Origin: Haliotis rufescens
Lineage: Eukaryota
Assembly: GCF_023055435.1 (NCBI RefSeq)
Contig: NW_025964372.1
Coordinates: 49,414,001-49,478,000, forward strand
Direction of reading: 5' to 3'
Length of the DNA stretch: 64,000 bases
Under the pieces are notes generated by a model. It was not told where the DNA came from, did not search any database, and saw only the letters and a program-made list of their open reading frames with translations. This document shows, in pieces, positions 1-14,600 of the stretch. The stretch's first letter is position 1; every line of letters begins with the position of its first letter. Position numbers and translations under genes: made by a program.

Positions 1-2155
1 AATTGGACCCCTTTTAACTCTGTTGTGTATCATATTCTCTGTTTGATGTTTAATGACACACTCAGTAATATTCAAAATAATTAGTATAATTATATTACTG
101 TACATACCCTCCTACATATATAGTGTGAACATCATCGCCTATTGTACAATGTCATAACATTTTCATCCTGTGTTTCTGCGTATGAGAAGAATAATCAAAA
201 TAATCTTGGAAAAATAGCATAACACAAACATCATCATAGGAACTTGTATTATTACACTTATATCCCGTCCAATGAGTGGCATAACATCTTTAAAATATAT
301 AAATTAGAGAATAATTTTATTTTCATTTGGCTTTTGCTATTTCATAGGAAAACAATGTGTTCAGAAGTGGCCAAGATAGCTATTTAACAGAAAATTTACT
401 CTATTATTAAACATGTCACCACCTCACGAAAGTTATGATATGATAAAAGATCAAATAATACATTTGGGAGTGATATCATGGTTAGAAATTAAACATGGCA
501 ATGGGTAGTAAATACAGCTAACAAGCAACACGACCATTTTTATAGGAATTGCATTTTTTCATTAGCGATCTGTATAAGAAGAAGAAATTGTATTCCGCTT
601 TAGTTCCGCATTAGCACTTTTATGCTCTTCTATATTTAGCTAAAAATGGCGGATATCGAGTCACACAAAACAACTGTTGGCATGGATACAGAAAATACTA
701 TGCTAACTTACACAACACAAGCCCTGCCGACTCAATACAGTTTTGTTCACATATAACGCACAAATATATATGGGTCCTTCCAAGTCACCAATAATAACAT
801 CATAGACTGCTTATTTAATCATTAACATACAAAACAAGGGTTGGCAGGGATACGAGCAGTATCGGCGCAATTACACAACACAAGCACTGCCGACTCAATT
901 ATCAGCCAAGCAGAAAACAGTAGTCCGTTAGTTGGTGCGGCCTAATATTTTATGGAAACAAACAGACAGTAATAGCTTGGTTAGCCATCTGATGCCACTG
1001 AAATTATTTCCATTCAGAACCCATTCTTATTCAAATTATGTGGGCTGAACACTATCACGGCGGACGACCCTGTCACTCGTGGCATATAACAAGCACACAG
1101 TACACACATCTGTGAAAGAAGGATCTTACCTGGGCATGTGCAGGTGTGAACTGACAGGGAGAATATCCTTTATATCATGTGCCAGGCAACAACAGATTTT
1201 CTAAAAAGAGCCCATTTAATCAACAAATTGAAATCGGACAACAAATTGTCATTTTTATAGTGTAGGTCAGAAATAGAGTATTCTCATTCTTTGTAGAGAT
1301 GTCCATTGAAGGGTAAATGTCGACGCCATGTTGTCACGTTTTACAGTCATGTGTTCGCCTACGTATGTTTTATATATCAGTGTATTAGCTGTGAGGACGG
1401 GGTGGCAACTACAGGACCTTAAACATAATTGTGGATCTGATTTAACGTCAGGAGATACACGCGTTTTCAGCATTCACAAACGCAAGCACACACGTGCGCA
1501 ATAACCAATAAGGGTTGTCGGGTAATACCTTATGAAATGGAACTAAGAACCTCATGTGTGATATTCATCTGAAACAGCAGAGTTCATGACAATCGGATTA
1601 CAAGCCAAAATCAAATGTGAGACAATGGTAACTAAATAGTTACATAATTGGCGCTAGTTGACATTCGTTTCACTTTGAACCTGTATAGCACAGGGCATAG
1701 AATACAGCATGGGGTTTCTTCTTGGCTGCCCTGGTGTGATCTCGGTAAGCAAAGGGACACAACTCTGTTAGACTAACACTCAACACAAGCTGTGGTTCAT
1801 TCACAAAAACACGAGAACGGCCGATCACTGCCGAACACATGCAACTAGGGCTGTTATTGGACGCATAATGGTTCTGAATATAGCGGGAAGATCAACCGCG
1901 CCTGCTGCCGAATAGTTCCTCCTAAAGCTGTGTTACACTGTATTGATACGACTGACTTGCTGTTTAGACAGAAGCCGTGACATGTCCCACATATACATGT
2001 AAGGTTTCATTGTGATCCGTGTCGATATTGTCAGACACTATTTCCTGACGCACATGATACACACGACTTATCAATATGAACAGTTCAGTCTTAACTAGGC
2101 TGGTACAACAGTTCAAAACACAGAGAGCAGAGAGTGGGTTCGGTCGATGTTGTTA

Positions 2156-2270
2156 CCTGGGCCCACTTGCACAAAGCGATCTTAGTGCTAAGATGATCGT
2201 AACTCACATACTTTAACATAGGCTTACAATAGTCGTAGCGCTAAGATCGTTTTGTGCAAGTGGGCCCAGG
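2156..2270. mobile_element. Palindromic MITE
   Basis: Termini CCTGGGCCCACTTGCACAAA...TTTGTGCAAGTGGGCCCAGG with further internal inverted pairing. Confidence 0.75.
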
Positions 2271-2845
2271 AATTTTCGTGTTGCTTTTAAACGACTTCCG
2301 CACGCTCTGTCAGTATGTAATGAGCGAATCACTTCGTATATACCCGAGAGATTTTCTTGTTGTGACGACAATTAATCGTGCAGCTTTAGAGTGTTAACTT
2401 TGACAGAAGATATGCATGTGTACACATGGTAGCTCTATGCGTGCATGGCCTGATTGACAAGTAGAACGGAAAGAGTTGCCTCCCTTTGCAACAGCGACCC
2501 ATCATTGTTCGGCGAACTGAGCATACAAAACAGTTGACTCAACCTTGCCTTCTTAGGATGGACACAAAATAAAACAAAGAAAATGTTACAGGAGATATCA
2601 GAAAAATAGTGTGAGTCCTCGTGTTTACAAAACTAAAATGTTTTGCAGGCCTAGCGACGCATGTGTGTGTGTGTGTGGCTGCTTATGTACTAGACTTCTC
2701 CCAGTTTTATATACATAATACATATGCGTGCAAATATGGACGTTGCATGAACTGGTAAATACGGTCATAAATATTTGATCAATATTTTGCCTAAAATAGT
2801 TGACCCCTGTTTTCTCCTATCGATCCGCAGCAAGTATAGGAGTTG

Positions 2846-3115
2846 AGGTTAAATGGGGTTTAACATTGCATCCAAGAGAATTGCACATATTTAGCGACGT
2901 GCATGCACGTGTGCGGGTTTGTGGACTAATCCCGATTTAACATGTATGCCCCACACAGACACAGTATATTGACTCCTCACCGAACAGCCACCTTATGCCG
3001 AGCCTCAGACATGGTATCAACAAATATCAACTTTTGGTATGACGCGGCCGAGGATCGAACCCCAGAGCTTCCGCTCTCCGGGTGGACGCTCTACCACTAG
3101 ACCACGGAGGCGGTC
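2846..3115 (-). mobile_element. tRNA-derived V-SINE-like element (other copies about 38802-39110, 45170-45260, 53070-53360)
   Basis: tRNA-like A/B boxes on the minus strand; related copies carry GTCATACCAAAAGACGTTAAAAGATGGTAC...GGCGCTCGGCATTAA, which resembles the V domain. Confidence 0.7.
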
Positions 3116-3332
3116 ATCAAGCATAGGCAAGTATTTGTCGTCAGTGCAGACAGCTCTGTCAGTGGGACTGGAAATGTGGGCCTGCTAGGAATACATTTGG
3201 GTGTGTATGCACAGTTTGTTAAACTGTCAAATGTTTTGTGATGCAGTGTAACGTTTGAGCATTGGAAAAAACTACGCCATTTGCCAGCACACGCGAACCG
3301 TTAGGTTACATGACTGGCTTCAGGTCTCCTCT

Positions 3333-3507
3333 CGGGGCGATGGGTAGCCAAGTGGTTAAATCGTTCGCTTGTCACACCGAAGAACCGGGTTCGATTCCCC
3401 ACATGGGTACAATGCGTGAAGCCCATTTCTTGTGTCCCCGCCGTGTTGCTGCTGGAATATTGCTAACAGCGACGTAAAACCATACTCACTCACTCACTCA
3501 CTCACTA
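3333..3507 (+). mobile_element. SINE family 1 (tRNA-Asp-like head, (CACT)n tail)
   Basis: GGGGCG..GGTAGCC.AGTGGTTAAA...GGGTTCGATTCCC...GGAATATTGCTAA..GCGGCGTAAAAC(CACT)n; degenerate copy at about 3715-3845. Confidence 0.85.
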
Positions 3508-5217
3508 CTCAGGTCTCCTCTCATTTTTTTTCTCCAGACAGAGGCTGCAAGTAGCACAGCACAGCCGTATCTAATCACCTTTTTGAAAATTTCAGGCCCA
3601 GTTTTCTTTGAAAAGTGGATATCATTTTACCATTTTAAAACATAAATATAGGCAGAAAACCCTTTCCATAATCATACGGAATATCGTTTGTGTTTCAGAG
3701 GTGTAAAGGTGTCCAGGTGGTTAACTGTTTGTCATCGATTCCCCACATTGGTACAAATCGTGAAGCCCATTTCTGGTGTCTCTCTCCGTGGCATTGGTGG
3801 AACATTGCTAAAAGCGGCGTAAAATCAATCTCACTCACTCACTCATACGTTATTTTATTCCACGTCATTTCACATCACGCCTATAGTACGAGACTTAAAT
3901 GAGCACCGGGTGTCTGGACTCATTGACCTGGTTAACTGTGTGTCATCCTGCCCTGATGGCGTTGATCGTTGCCATTGCTTTAAGTCACCAGTCTGCCCTG
4001 AGCCGACTCGAGTACAGACAGATCGTCGTGACTGTAATGTTGCCGGGTGCCATGTTAAAACATACACTCAGTCAGTCACTCTAATGTTACTGGTGTGTTT
4101 TTATCATTGAAAAATATATTCCAACAATAATTGTAATGCTGTATAGGACTTTCATACACATTCACTCAAGAACAGCTGAGATGTTTTATGAAAGTGCACG
4201 TCGCTTCGGCCTCTTAGTGTTCAGTCTATGTGTCTAGGACGTCATGTGTTAGTCCTTTTCGTGAACACCTTATCATGGGTTTTCAGTGGTCCATTCATAT
4301 AATATTCACCGCTACTTTGGCATTTTTGTCCAATGGTGACTGTTTCGTCGTATGGTCGAGACTGGTTAATCTCTGACGTTGACGTGATATAAAACAATGT
4401 TACTGAATGTTTGAAATCAAACGTGCGCTATTGGAATACGATGACATGCCATCAACCAAGTCACCGAGCCTGTCACATTCAGTCGCCTCGTTAGACACTC
4501 ACAGGTTAGGGAGATATATACTTACTTGAAATCCGCACGTTTTTTACTTAGGTTATCAGTATATGTACAACAAAGTCTCATGTTTTAAATCTCTCTTGTT
4601 TTTTTGGGTCAAATATGACTAGGCTTTGTGTTTAGGTTGGCATATTTGTAGAACCATGTGGTGTTTATCCAGATATATTGCAAACTTACCTGCGTCCATG
4701 GAACTGACGCACTAACAACCGTGCTTGAAAATCACACTTAGTATATGAGACTTGCTTCATACTGTTTGACCCATTGGCAAGAAGTTCGCGTTAATTTCAA
4801 TTACAGAGAATACAACAAACACTTTAAACATTGACAATATGTAGATGTTAGTTGGTCAGGATATTCCCAGGTTTATAGGGTTTAACGTCACTTGAGTGAG
4901 TGAGTGAGTGACTGTTGTTTTATGCCTCAGGCAGCATTATTCCTGGTATATCACCGTGGCCAGTACACATTCAAGCTGTGGCTGTGGCCTCCTCATGGTA
5001 CTGTACACAATCAGCTGAGTCAGCCATGCTGAGCACTCGATCCCTGTGGTAGATGTCTGACAACGATCACAGGACACGGGTCAATATTTGTGTGTCAGGG
5101 AAACGTATGGGAGAAAGCATGTTCACTTCAAAAATCACACTGATACTTTTTAAATGAAAACAATTCCATCTTTAGATTTCTGTCTATTTTATTCTGTTTC
5201 ATGAGTGCTGCATGAGT

Positions 5218-5300
5218 ATTTCATGTCATTTCATCTCATTTCATGTCATTCATTTCATGTCATTTCATGTCATTTCATGTCATTTCACTTCATTTCATGA
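5218..5300. repeat. (CATTT/CATGT)n microsatellite
   Basis: Tandem 5/10-bp units. Confidence 0.85.
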
Positions 5301-6133
5301 TTGACTGCAAATAAAGCAAAAATACAATTACTCTAGATTGTAAATACAAATAAACTATACTCAAAAACATTCTTTGCAAAAGAACATTGATTTTAGGACA
5401 CATTAGGAAATTTACGGTAATTACAAAATGTTATTTACCAGAAGCAATGTAATTAATTCAAATACATAATATCACAATTATACATCCAAAACTAAAGATA
5501 TTAGTAAAAATGCTGTTGTATTTACCTAGTTGTTGACCACTTTTATCACATGTGGCTGCCTAGCCAGCTGCCATGTGGCTCTGTGCATGCCTTACATGCC
5601 TTGATTACATGCATCTGTAAATAGACTAGTGCACAGCGCACCCTATTGGGCTTAAGAAAATGAAAATAGTCTACCTTGAAACCAAACTGAAGCATCATAA
5701 AATGAAGACATCTTTTAAGTGTATGACCATTACAAAACAAGTTGATTTCCCTTCAATGTCTACCGGTACTGACTCGTGTCAGGATCCTTCAGAAATATGT
5801 CGACCTTGAGATAGTGATTTTGTGAGCGCGCACCAGGTTTGACGTTTATACCTCTTTAAACGCAAAAAAACCATATTCAAGCCACGTCTAGATAAATCAA
5901 CAATTATAACTCATAATAATCATAGTTAATACACCAAAAAACTGTAGACAGCAATACAAATCAGTGACATCGTTTGACTCGTGAAGATCTGGTGAGAATT
6001 TGTCTTCATCAACCAATGCTTGCCGTAAGACGCTACTGTGCTTGTTGTACGAGGCGACTAAAGGAGTCAGGGTTTTACCCGCTGACTTGGTTGATGCATG
6101 TCATAATAACCCAATTCCGTAGATCGAAGCTTA

Positions 6134-6551
6134 TGCAATATATTTACAACTTCTGCAATGTATTTACAACTTCTGCAATATATTTACAACTTCTGCAATA
6201 TATTTACAACTTCTGCAATATATTTACAACTTCTGCAATGTATTTACAACTTCTGCAATTTTTTTACAACTTCTGCAATGTATTTACAACTTCTGCAATA
6301 TATTTACAACTTCTGCACTATATTTACAACTTCTGCAATATATTTACAACTTCTGCAATGTATTTACAACTTCTGCAATGTATTTACAACTTCTGCAATA
6401 TATTTACAACTTCTGCAATACATTTACAACTTCTGCAATACATTTACAACTTCTGCAATATATTTACAACTTCTGCAATATATTTACAACTTCTGCAATA
6501 TATTTACAACTTCTGCAATACATTTACAACTTCTGCAATATATTTACAACT
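6134..6551. repeat. 20-bp minisatellite (TATTTACAACTTCTGCAATA), about 21 copies
   Basis: Direct tandem array that begins inside a degenerate family-2 element (5975-6135). Confidence 0.95.
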
Positions 6552-6654
6552 AAGACCGTGCAGGGAACTGTACATGTCCAAGTTTATTGACAAGCAGTTC
6601 GCACACACAGGAGCTTACAGCAAGGATCACACAACACTAGCTTATTATGATATA

Positions 6655-6813
6655 CAGTTAACTACGGTTATAACGAACTCAAAGGGACCACTAATTTTAG
6701 TTCGTTATAACCGTAGTTCGTTATAAGCATATATACAGCATATCTACAGCAAATTTTAGGGACAAAAAAGTAAGTTCGTTATATCCGTCAGTTCGTTATA
6801 ACCGTAGTTTACT
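6655..6813. mobile_element. Tc1/pogo-type MITE (second copy 27711-27887, fragment about 58030)
   Basis: TA-flanked CAGT(A/T)AACTACGGTTATAACGAAC terminal inverted repeats. Confidence 0.8.
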
Positions 6814-6849
6814 GTATACAATTAACATGTATACCGAGGAAGAAAATGA

Positions 6850-7990
6850 TTCATAAAACAGGGACCAGGAAATTGATTACCACAGCAGTTGTGAGTGACT
6901 TGGAGAAATCTTTATCACGACCTTCTTGCACTAAAGCATCAGTCACGAATCCAAACCACGAACAAAATGGCAAACTGCTGACGCCATTATGTTTGAAGCA
7001 GTGCAGGCAAACATCCAGGAAGAATAAGCTTAATTGTTTCTATCAAAATAAATACCAACATTTATCTCACACAATCAGGGCAAGGACTTTCAGAGCGACA
7101 AATACAAGGTGCATATAAATCCTCCGTTTTAAAGGAAATAATATAGTTATTTTTACAGATACTGCTAGCAAGCCATGATTGAGGTAAAGCACCACAATGT
7201 ACAACAAGATTAAACAACTTCCGGTATACAGGCATCATTACCTTGACACTGGACTTCATGTTCTCAGTGAATACTCATTCAAGCCCACAAGCTTTGTTAT
7301 AACGTAACCTGTTATGGCTGAGGTTATTTCATCTTCACAAATAAGCTTGATTCTGTAAAATAGTCCTACAATTGTTCAACAGGAACTAAGTTGTTCACAC
7401 AGATGTTCAACAAAACACATGTCCAGATGCAGGATGAAGATATCACTCTTCTCAGACTTTGTTGCTTCGCTTTCTTCCTTAGAATTACTCTCAACATCGT
7501 GTTCATGTCGAGTACTCTCAATATAACTAATGACACACATAAATGAAAACTGTAAAGTGACCAATGAATATCAGATAATGCAAGGTCAAACCCACGTGAA
7601 AAGGGAAACAGCTCAGCTCTTGCTGAACAGGTAGGCTTCAATGTTGTACAGGTAAGGGTCCCAGTGCCCTGTCTTCGTCTACTCTTCCATTGGCTGTATA
7701 TAGACCGGTAGCTTTACATATAACTAACAGTTTATGTTTATAAGAACTGGCTGTATATAGACCGGTAGTTTTACATATATCTAACAGTTCATATCTATAA
7801 GAATTGGCTGTGGTGTACTTTGAACTCCCGTCTATACCCACATTCAACTTGATTCAAATACCGTGATCCCTTCAAGTTTATCCTCTGTATATGGACCAAA
7901 AGTTTACATATATGTAACAGTTTATATTTATAAGAATTGGCCCTTGAACTCCTGTCTATACCCACGTTCAACGGAATTCAAATTCCGTGA
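6850..7990 (-). mobile_element. Decayed L2/CR1-like LINE fragment
   Basis: Broken frames with ELLDICKTTGLYTANGRV (endonuclease C-terminal region, internally duplicated) and KLFNLVVHCGALPQSW (start of RT). Confidence 0.6.
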
Positions 7991-8069
7991 TCCCTTCACG
8001 TTAATCCTCTGTGTATAGAAATATGAGCAATTTACTTTGCTTATTGGGGTGATTGAATGAAATCAGATT

Positions 8070-9925
8070 CTACCACATCGCCGCAGCAAGGCACACCGGA
8101 CACACTCCCTTTGACGGGCGACTGAATATCAAGCCAGGTATCTGTCCTTCGTGTCTTGATGTGTCTGTAGTAGACATTGGAGAGTCTGTAAATGTGAACT
8201 CTATTCCATCGACTGTTACTGTAGCAGATCCTCCCGCTCCAAAGGTAGTGCCAGGTCCCTTCATGTTCACATACAGAGTATAGGTCGCACCTGCTGTGAG
8301 GTAAAGAGGACTGTGAAACAGGAAGTCATTCAACACTTTACTGCCTTGAAGCAACATTCTGGTGTTCAGGAACGATTCATCAATCACCGCGTTGTTGGCG
8401 TCAAACACTCTGATTGTCACGGTATACTCTGCGTCTCCATTCCATCCACCAAACAGCTGACACCCCAGTAGGAGAATGCTCTGACTAGGTGAGAAGGAGA
8501 TAGCACTTTTCCCAGCTGGCAGAATAGGACCGCATTGAATAAATCTATTGGCCACACGTTTTTTGGAGGCCTTATATTTCCCTTCAATGATAGCGTCGAC
8601 CTTTCTCTGTGAGTGTTTAAACGGAGATATGTCCACAGTTGTGTCCATATCTCTGTCCATTATTCGTATTCTCTCATCCCCTGTCAGCAAACCTGATTTC
8701 CCTACAACCTTCACCAGATACTCCAGGGGGATGCTGGTAAACCGGATCTCATACCTCATCTCTCCCAGGACTCTACGTATGTTCTCAGGCGTGTCACTCA
8801 CACCTTCCTTCCGGCATCTTCTCTTTGTCCAGGACAGCACTGCGTCAAATACGTCTTCCTCTTTCAATCTCAAATTATCTGACCTGACAAACTGATCAAG
8901 ACAATCACGGCAAAGACTCACAAACCCCAGAGACTTGGCAACTCTGTTCCCTCCTCGTGTAAGAATCTTCAGCGCTCTCTGTTCCAGGTCCAGCTCCCCA
9001 TAACCATGACACTCCTCCAGGATCTGGCAGACATTGTCTTCTGATAGGAACTCTTCCAGGGACGTTACACAAAGATCGTACAATGCGTCCAGGGAATATT
9101 TCCTAGAGGTGTACATTAGTCCTGTGACTGTTTCACCATTGATAGTGGCCTTGTCTGTGTAAACATATCTACAACAATATGCAAGGAAAATGTTACATTG
9201 TTGAAAACAAAGGTATCTACAGTACCTTTGAAGATGAGTGTTACGATGGATTAATTTAGGTTTCGTTAGATTTCTCATCTTTATTCAAATCCAGATACAA
9301 GCACAGTCATGTGGGGTTATCTTTTTTTAAATGTTCACTTGTTCAGATATTTGTAGTTACTTTTAGAGGTTAACCTACATGATATTCCTTCTTCTCACTT
9401 GTCAGGTTAGCATCATATACAACAAACACAGCTACATGCCAGCATTCAGAACTCCCTTGATGCAGGACATGCTGACTGAGTTTTATTTGTTTGATATTGC
9501 CTTCGAGACTAAGAATCTATGTGTATACACTTAAGATTTAACCTGAGTATGGAGGAAGATATTTCTGTCGGCCCAGCAACTTCGCGACTTTGGTATAAAA
9601 TCAACATAGATTATGGAAGGTGTTATTTTCTCAGGGTAAAGGATGATTTGTAAAACCGCTAGAACTCTTTGAAGATGTCTGCCTCAATGTCAGGGATGGT
9701 TACCTCCCCTTTCTCCGCCAGGGGGCCACAGAACATGGCATGGAAGACACAGCTGCGACTGACGAGAACGTAGCGGTGAGCTCGGACCACCTGTTTCTCT
9801 GAGCCCAGACGGAAGGTGACGTCACAGAAGTCTTCCGTGTCGAGCATGCGTAGGTTACACTCTGTGACAGTCTTCCCCGACTGCCAGTTGTCGGCATATC
9901 CAGATTTTCGGCTTACGTGCGACAT
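8070..9925 (-). pseudogene. BTB/POZ-BACK-PHR domain gene (BTBD3/BTBD6-like); exons 9925-9657 and 9168-8070; in-frame TAG at 9661-9659
   Basis: Exon 1 encodes ADNWQ...DVTFRLG...RAHRYVLVSRSCVFHAMFCGPLAE...IPDIEADIFKEF*R (BTB). A phase-2 intron (CG|GTTTTA ... TTGTAG|A) joins it to YVYTD...AREA-like BACK segment (LSEDNVCQILE, LRLKEEDVFDAVLSW, YEIRF) and a PHR-type C-terminus (AISFSPSQSILLLGCQLFG, FTFTDSPMSTTDTSRHEGQIPGLIF). The stop sits where Leu of F-L-R-Y is expected. Confidence 0.85.
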
Positions 9926-10039
9926 TGTGGAACTTGGAACAAAAATCACGGACATTATAACCTTGAGTCGATGGCTTAAACTGTATCTGAAAACTTCGCG
10001 TGAGCGTAATTCGATTTTGAGCATTGGTAGGCAGACACT

Positions 10040-10327
10040 TACGGAAACCTTTTAGGGCCATTCGTTTGTTCTTTTTGTCTTGAAATTTCAAGATACTAAA
10101 TTGAGATTTTACCTTTAAGTTTCAAGATACTAAGTAGAAATTTCAGGTCATTATCCTGAAATTTCAAGATATTATCTTGAAATTTCAACTTAGTATCCTG
10201 AATTTTCAACTTATTATCTTGAAATTTCATGATATTACCCTTGAAATTTCAACTTAGTATCTTGAATTTTCAACTTATTATCTTATAAAAGTTAAAAAAC
10301 CACAAATGACCCTAAAAGGCTTCCGTA
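10040..10327. mobile_element. MITE with internal CTTGAAATTTCAAG palindromic repeats
   Basis: TIRs TACGGAAACCTTTTAGGGCCATT / AATGACCCTAAAAGGCTTCCGTA. Confidence 0.8.
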
Positions 10328-10537
10328 GACACTCGTTTATTCCAATTTAATACCATTGACTGTAACAACATGAACTTTACGTGCATGTGACACAAAGTCC
10401 GTGTGTGATGGTGGTCATGATCTGTAAAACGGTGTTTGAGCTTTAGCATTTTGACGCATTTCTCTGTGTTCCAATGGCCCGAAATCACATGTTTGAAGCT
10501 CGTAAATGACAAATTATTGTTAAGAGGGAGGAGGAAG

Positions 10538-11039
10538 TACTCACGGAAATGAAAAAAACTGTTTTTTAGACCTCAGATCTTAAATAAATGCAGTTAATAT
10601 ACAAAATATGTAAATATTCAAACAACTAAATTAGTACTAATTGGGCCATTGCACAAATACAGCGTATCAAAGGTTTTTATGCCCTTTTACACGTAAAAGT
10701 GTGTAAAAATGTGAATAAAACAGACTATTGTGAAACAGGGCATAACCAGGTGTAAGTAGATCAAGGTGTCATAGGTGCATAGGTGCATAGGTGCAACAGG
10801 TGCATAATGCCTATAGTCTGTTTCTGCTATGTCAATTTGGACTTAGTTTTATTTTTGAATGTTGAAAGTGCCGACAAATTACCTCCTGTAAAGTACATTT
10901 TGTATTGTTCACTGAGATCAAACTAGCAAATCCAGACTAGTACTTTTCGAGTTGTTTTGTTATTTCGTATTTACAGCTACGTAACACTTTGTGTCGATTT
11001 TTAAATTGAGAAAAACAGTTTTTTTCATTTCCGTGAGTA
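10538..11039. mobile_element. TA-flanked MITE (Tc1/mariner-type)
   Basis: TIR TACTCACGGAAATGAAAAAAACTGTTTTT and its exact reverse complement at the right end. Confidence 0.8.
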
Positions 11040-11647
11040 CTTTTAAGACAGATCGCGACACACATGATTGTGTGTCATAGTATTGTCAGTAGGTTTGAAG
11101 GTAATAATGGACAGATCCCTGCCCCACACACTGCGGTCTTGACCCATTGAATATTTCACTCTACTCGGGCGTGGGGCAACGGTATTTATTAAGCCCCCTG
11201 GTGATTATAAAAGCTTATTCTTGTAAGTTGACAAGGCAACCTTATCTTCAAGTATTCGATGAAAGAATTTAGAAAATCGCCATTAGAATCTGGAGTATGG
11301 GTGACTTTTGTTTTAATTTGACGGGATCCCCACTCTCTTCTGTAATCTACACAACCTACTGTGAAGAAGTGGCTTTGCAGAGATCCATGTTAACTCCATG
11401 TGATAGTGCGGGACACCATTGTCTTGTTACAGGTCAAGATTGCGCCAACATGACAATACCAATGAAAAGCGCACCACTTGCTTGATAACGATACCACGCT
11501 TGCTTTTGCTTAATCAGATTGGTTCGAGATTGCAGATTAACATAAAGATACCCAAAGTCCCGCTTGCGTTCTCACTAACCTCATCACGTGACAGTTGAAA
11601 TGAAATTCAAATTGACCAACTCATAAAGTTGACATAACATTTACATT

Positions 11648-14600
11648 TACATACATCCCTCCATCCACCACACACATCTCTCCATCAACCACACACATCC
11701 CTCCGGCCACCACACACATCCCTCCGGCCACCACACACATCCCTCCATCCACCACACACATCCCTCCATCCACCACACACATCCCTCTATCCACCACACA
11801 CATCTCTCCATCAACCACACACATCCCTCCATGCACCACACACATCCCTCCGGCCACCACACACATCCCTCCATCCACCACACACATCCCTCCATCCACC
11901 ACACACATCCCTCTATCCACCACACACATCCCTCTATCCACCACACACATCCCTCCGGCCACCACACACATCCCTCCATCCACCACACACATCCCTCCAT
12001 CCACCACACACATACCTCTATCCGCCACACACATCCCTCCATCCACCACACACATCCATCTATCCACCACACACATCCCTCCATCCACCATACACATCCC
12101 TCCATGCACCACACACATCCCTCCGGCCACCACACACATCCCTCCATCCACCACACACATCCCTCCGTCCACCACACACATCCCTCCCTCAACCACTCAC
12201 ATCCCTCCATCAACCACTCACATCCCTTCGTCCCCCCTCCATTCACCACACACATCCCTCCATCAACCCCCCACACATCCCTCCATCACCCCACACACAC
12301 CCCTCCATCCATCACACACATCCCTCCATCCACCACAGACATCCCTCCGTCCACCACACACATCCCTGCATCCACCCCCCACACATCCCTCCATCACCCC
12401 ACACACATCCCTTCGTCCACCACACACACCCCTCCATCCACCACACTCATCCCTCCGTCCACCACACACATCCCTCTATCCACCACACACATCCCTCTAT
12501 CCACCACACACATCCCTTCATCCACCACACACATCCCTCTATCCACCACACACATCCCTGCATCCACCACACACATTCCTCTATCCACCACACACACCCC
12601 TCCATCCACCACACACATCCCTCTATCCACCACACACATCCCTCCGTCCACCACACACATCCCTCTATCCACCACACTCATCCCTCCGTCCACCACACTC
12701 ATCCCTCCATCCACCACACACATCCCTCCATCCACCACACACATCCCTCTATCCACCACACACATCTCTCCATCAACCACACACATCCCTCCATGCACCA
12801 CACACATCCCTCCGGCCACCACACACATCCCTCCATCCACCACACACATCCCTCCATCCACCACACACATCCCTCTATCCACCACACACATCCCTCTATC
12901 CACCACACACATCCCTCCGGCCACCACACACATCCCTCCATCCACCACACACATCCCTCCATCCACCACACACATACCTCTATCCGCCACACACATCCCT
13001 CCATCCACCACACACATCCATCTATCCACCACACACATCCCTCCATCCACCATACACATCCCTCCATGCACCACACACATCCCTCCGGCCACCACACACA
13101 TCCCTCCATCCACCACACACATCCCTCCGTCCACCACACACATCCCTCCCTCAACCACTCACATCCCTCCATCAACCACTCACATCCCTTCGTCCCCCCT
13201 CCATTCACCACACACATCCCTCCATCAACCCCCCACACATCCCTCCATCACCCCACACACACCCCTCCATCCATCACACACATCCCTCCATCCACCACAG
13301 ACATCCCTCCGTCCACCACACACATCCCTGCATCCACCCCCCACACATCCCTCCATCACCCCACACACATCCCTTCGTCCACCACACACACCCCTCCATC
13401 CACCACACTCATCCCTCCGTCCACCACACACATCCCTCTATCCACCACACACATCCCTCTATCCACCACACACATCCCTTCATCCACCACACACATCCCT
13501 CTATCCACCACACACATCCCTGCATCCACCACACACATTCCTCTATCCACCACACACACCCCTCCATCCACCACACACATCCCTCTATCCACCACACACA
13601 TCCCTCCGTCCACCACACACATCCCTCTATCCACCACACTCATCCCTCCGTCCACCACACTCATCCCTCCGTCCACCACACACATCCCTCTATCCACCAC
13701 ACTCATCCCTCCGTCCACCACACTCATCCCTCCGTCCACCACACACATCCCTCTATCCACCACACTCATCCCTCCGTCCACCACACACATCTCTCCGTCC
13801 ACCACACACATCCCTCTATCCACCACACACATCCCTCCGTCCACCACACACATCCCTCCATCCACCACACACATCCCTCCATCCACCACACACATACCTC
13901 TATCCGCCACACACATCCCTCTATCCACCACACACATCCCTCTATCCACCACACACATCCCTCTATCCACCACACACATCCCTCCATCCACCACACACAT
14001 CCCTCTATCCACTACACACTATCCTCCGTCCACCACACACATCCCTCTATCCACCACACACATCCCTGTATCCACCACACACATCCCTCTATCCACCACA
14101 CACATCCCTGCATCCACCACACACATCCCTCTATCCACAAAACTCATCCCTCCGTCCACCAGACACATCCCTTCATCCACCAAACACATCCCTCTATCCA
14201 CCACACACATCCCTCCATCCACCACACACATCCCTCCATCCACCACACACATCCCTCCATCCACCACACACATCCCTCCATGCACCACACACATCCCTCC
14301 GGCCACCACACACATCCCTCTATCCACCACACTCATCCCTCCGTCCACCACACACCCCCTCCATCCACCACACACATCCCTCTATCCACCACACACATCC
14401 CTCCGTCCACCACACACATCCCTCCATCCACCACACACATCCCTCTATCCACCACACACATCCCTCCGTCCACCACACACCCCCTCCATCCACCACACAC
14501 ATCCCTCTATCCACCACACACATCCCTCTATCCACCACACTCATCCCTCCATCCACCACACACATCCCTCCGTCCACCACACACCCCCTCCATCCACCAC

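Noticed and set aside
5974-6726. 250-aa repetitive ORF
   Set aside because: Spans a SINE-like element, a 20-bp minisatellite and a MITE.
9169-9278. N-terminal MRNLTKPK... part of the 402-aa ORF
   Set aside because: Intron sequence upstream of the TTGTAG acceptor; BTB homology resumes only at RYVYTD.
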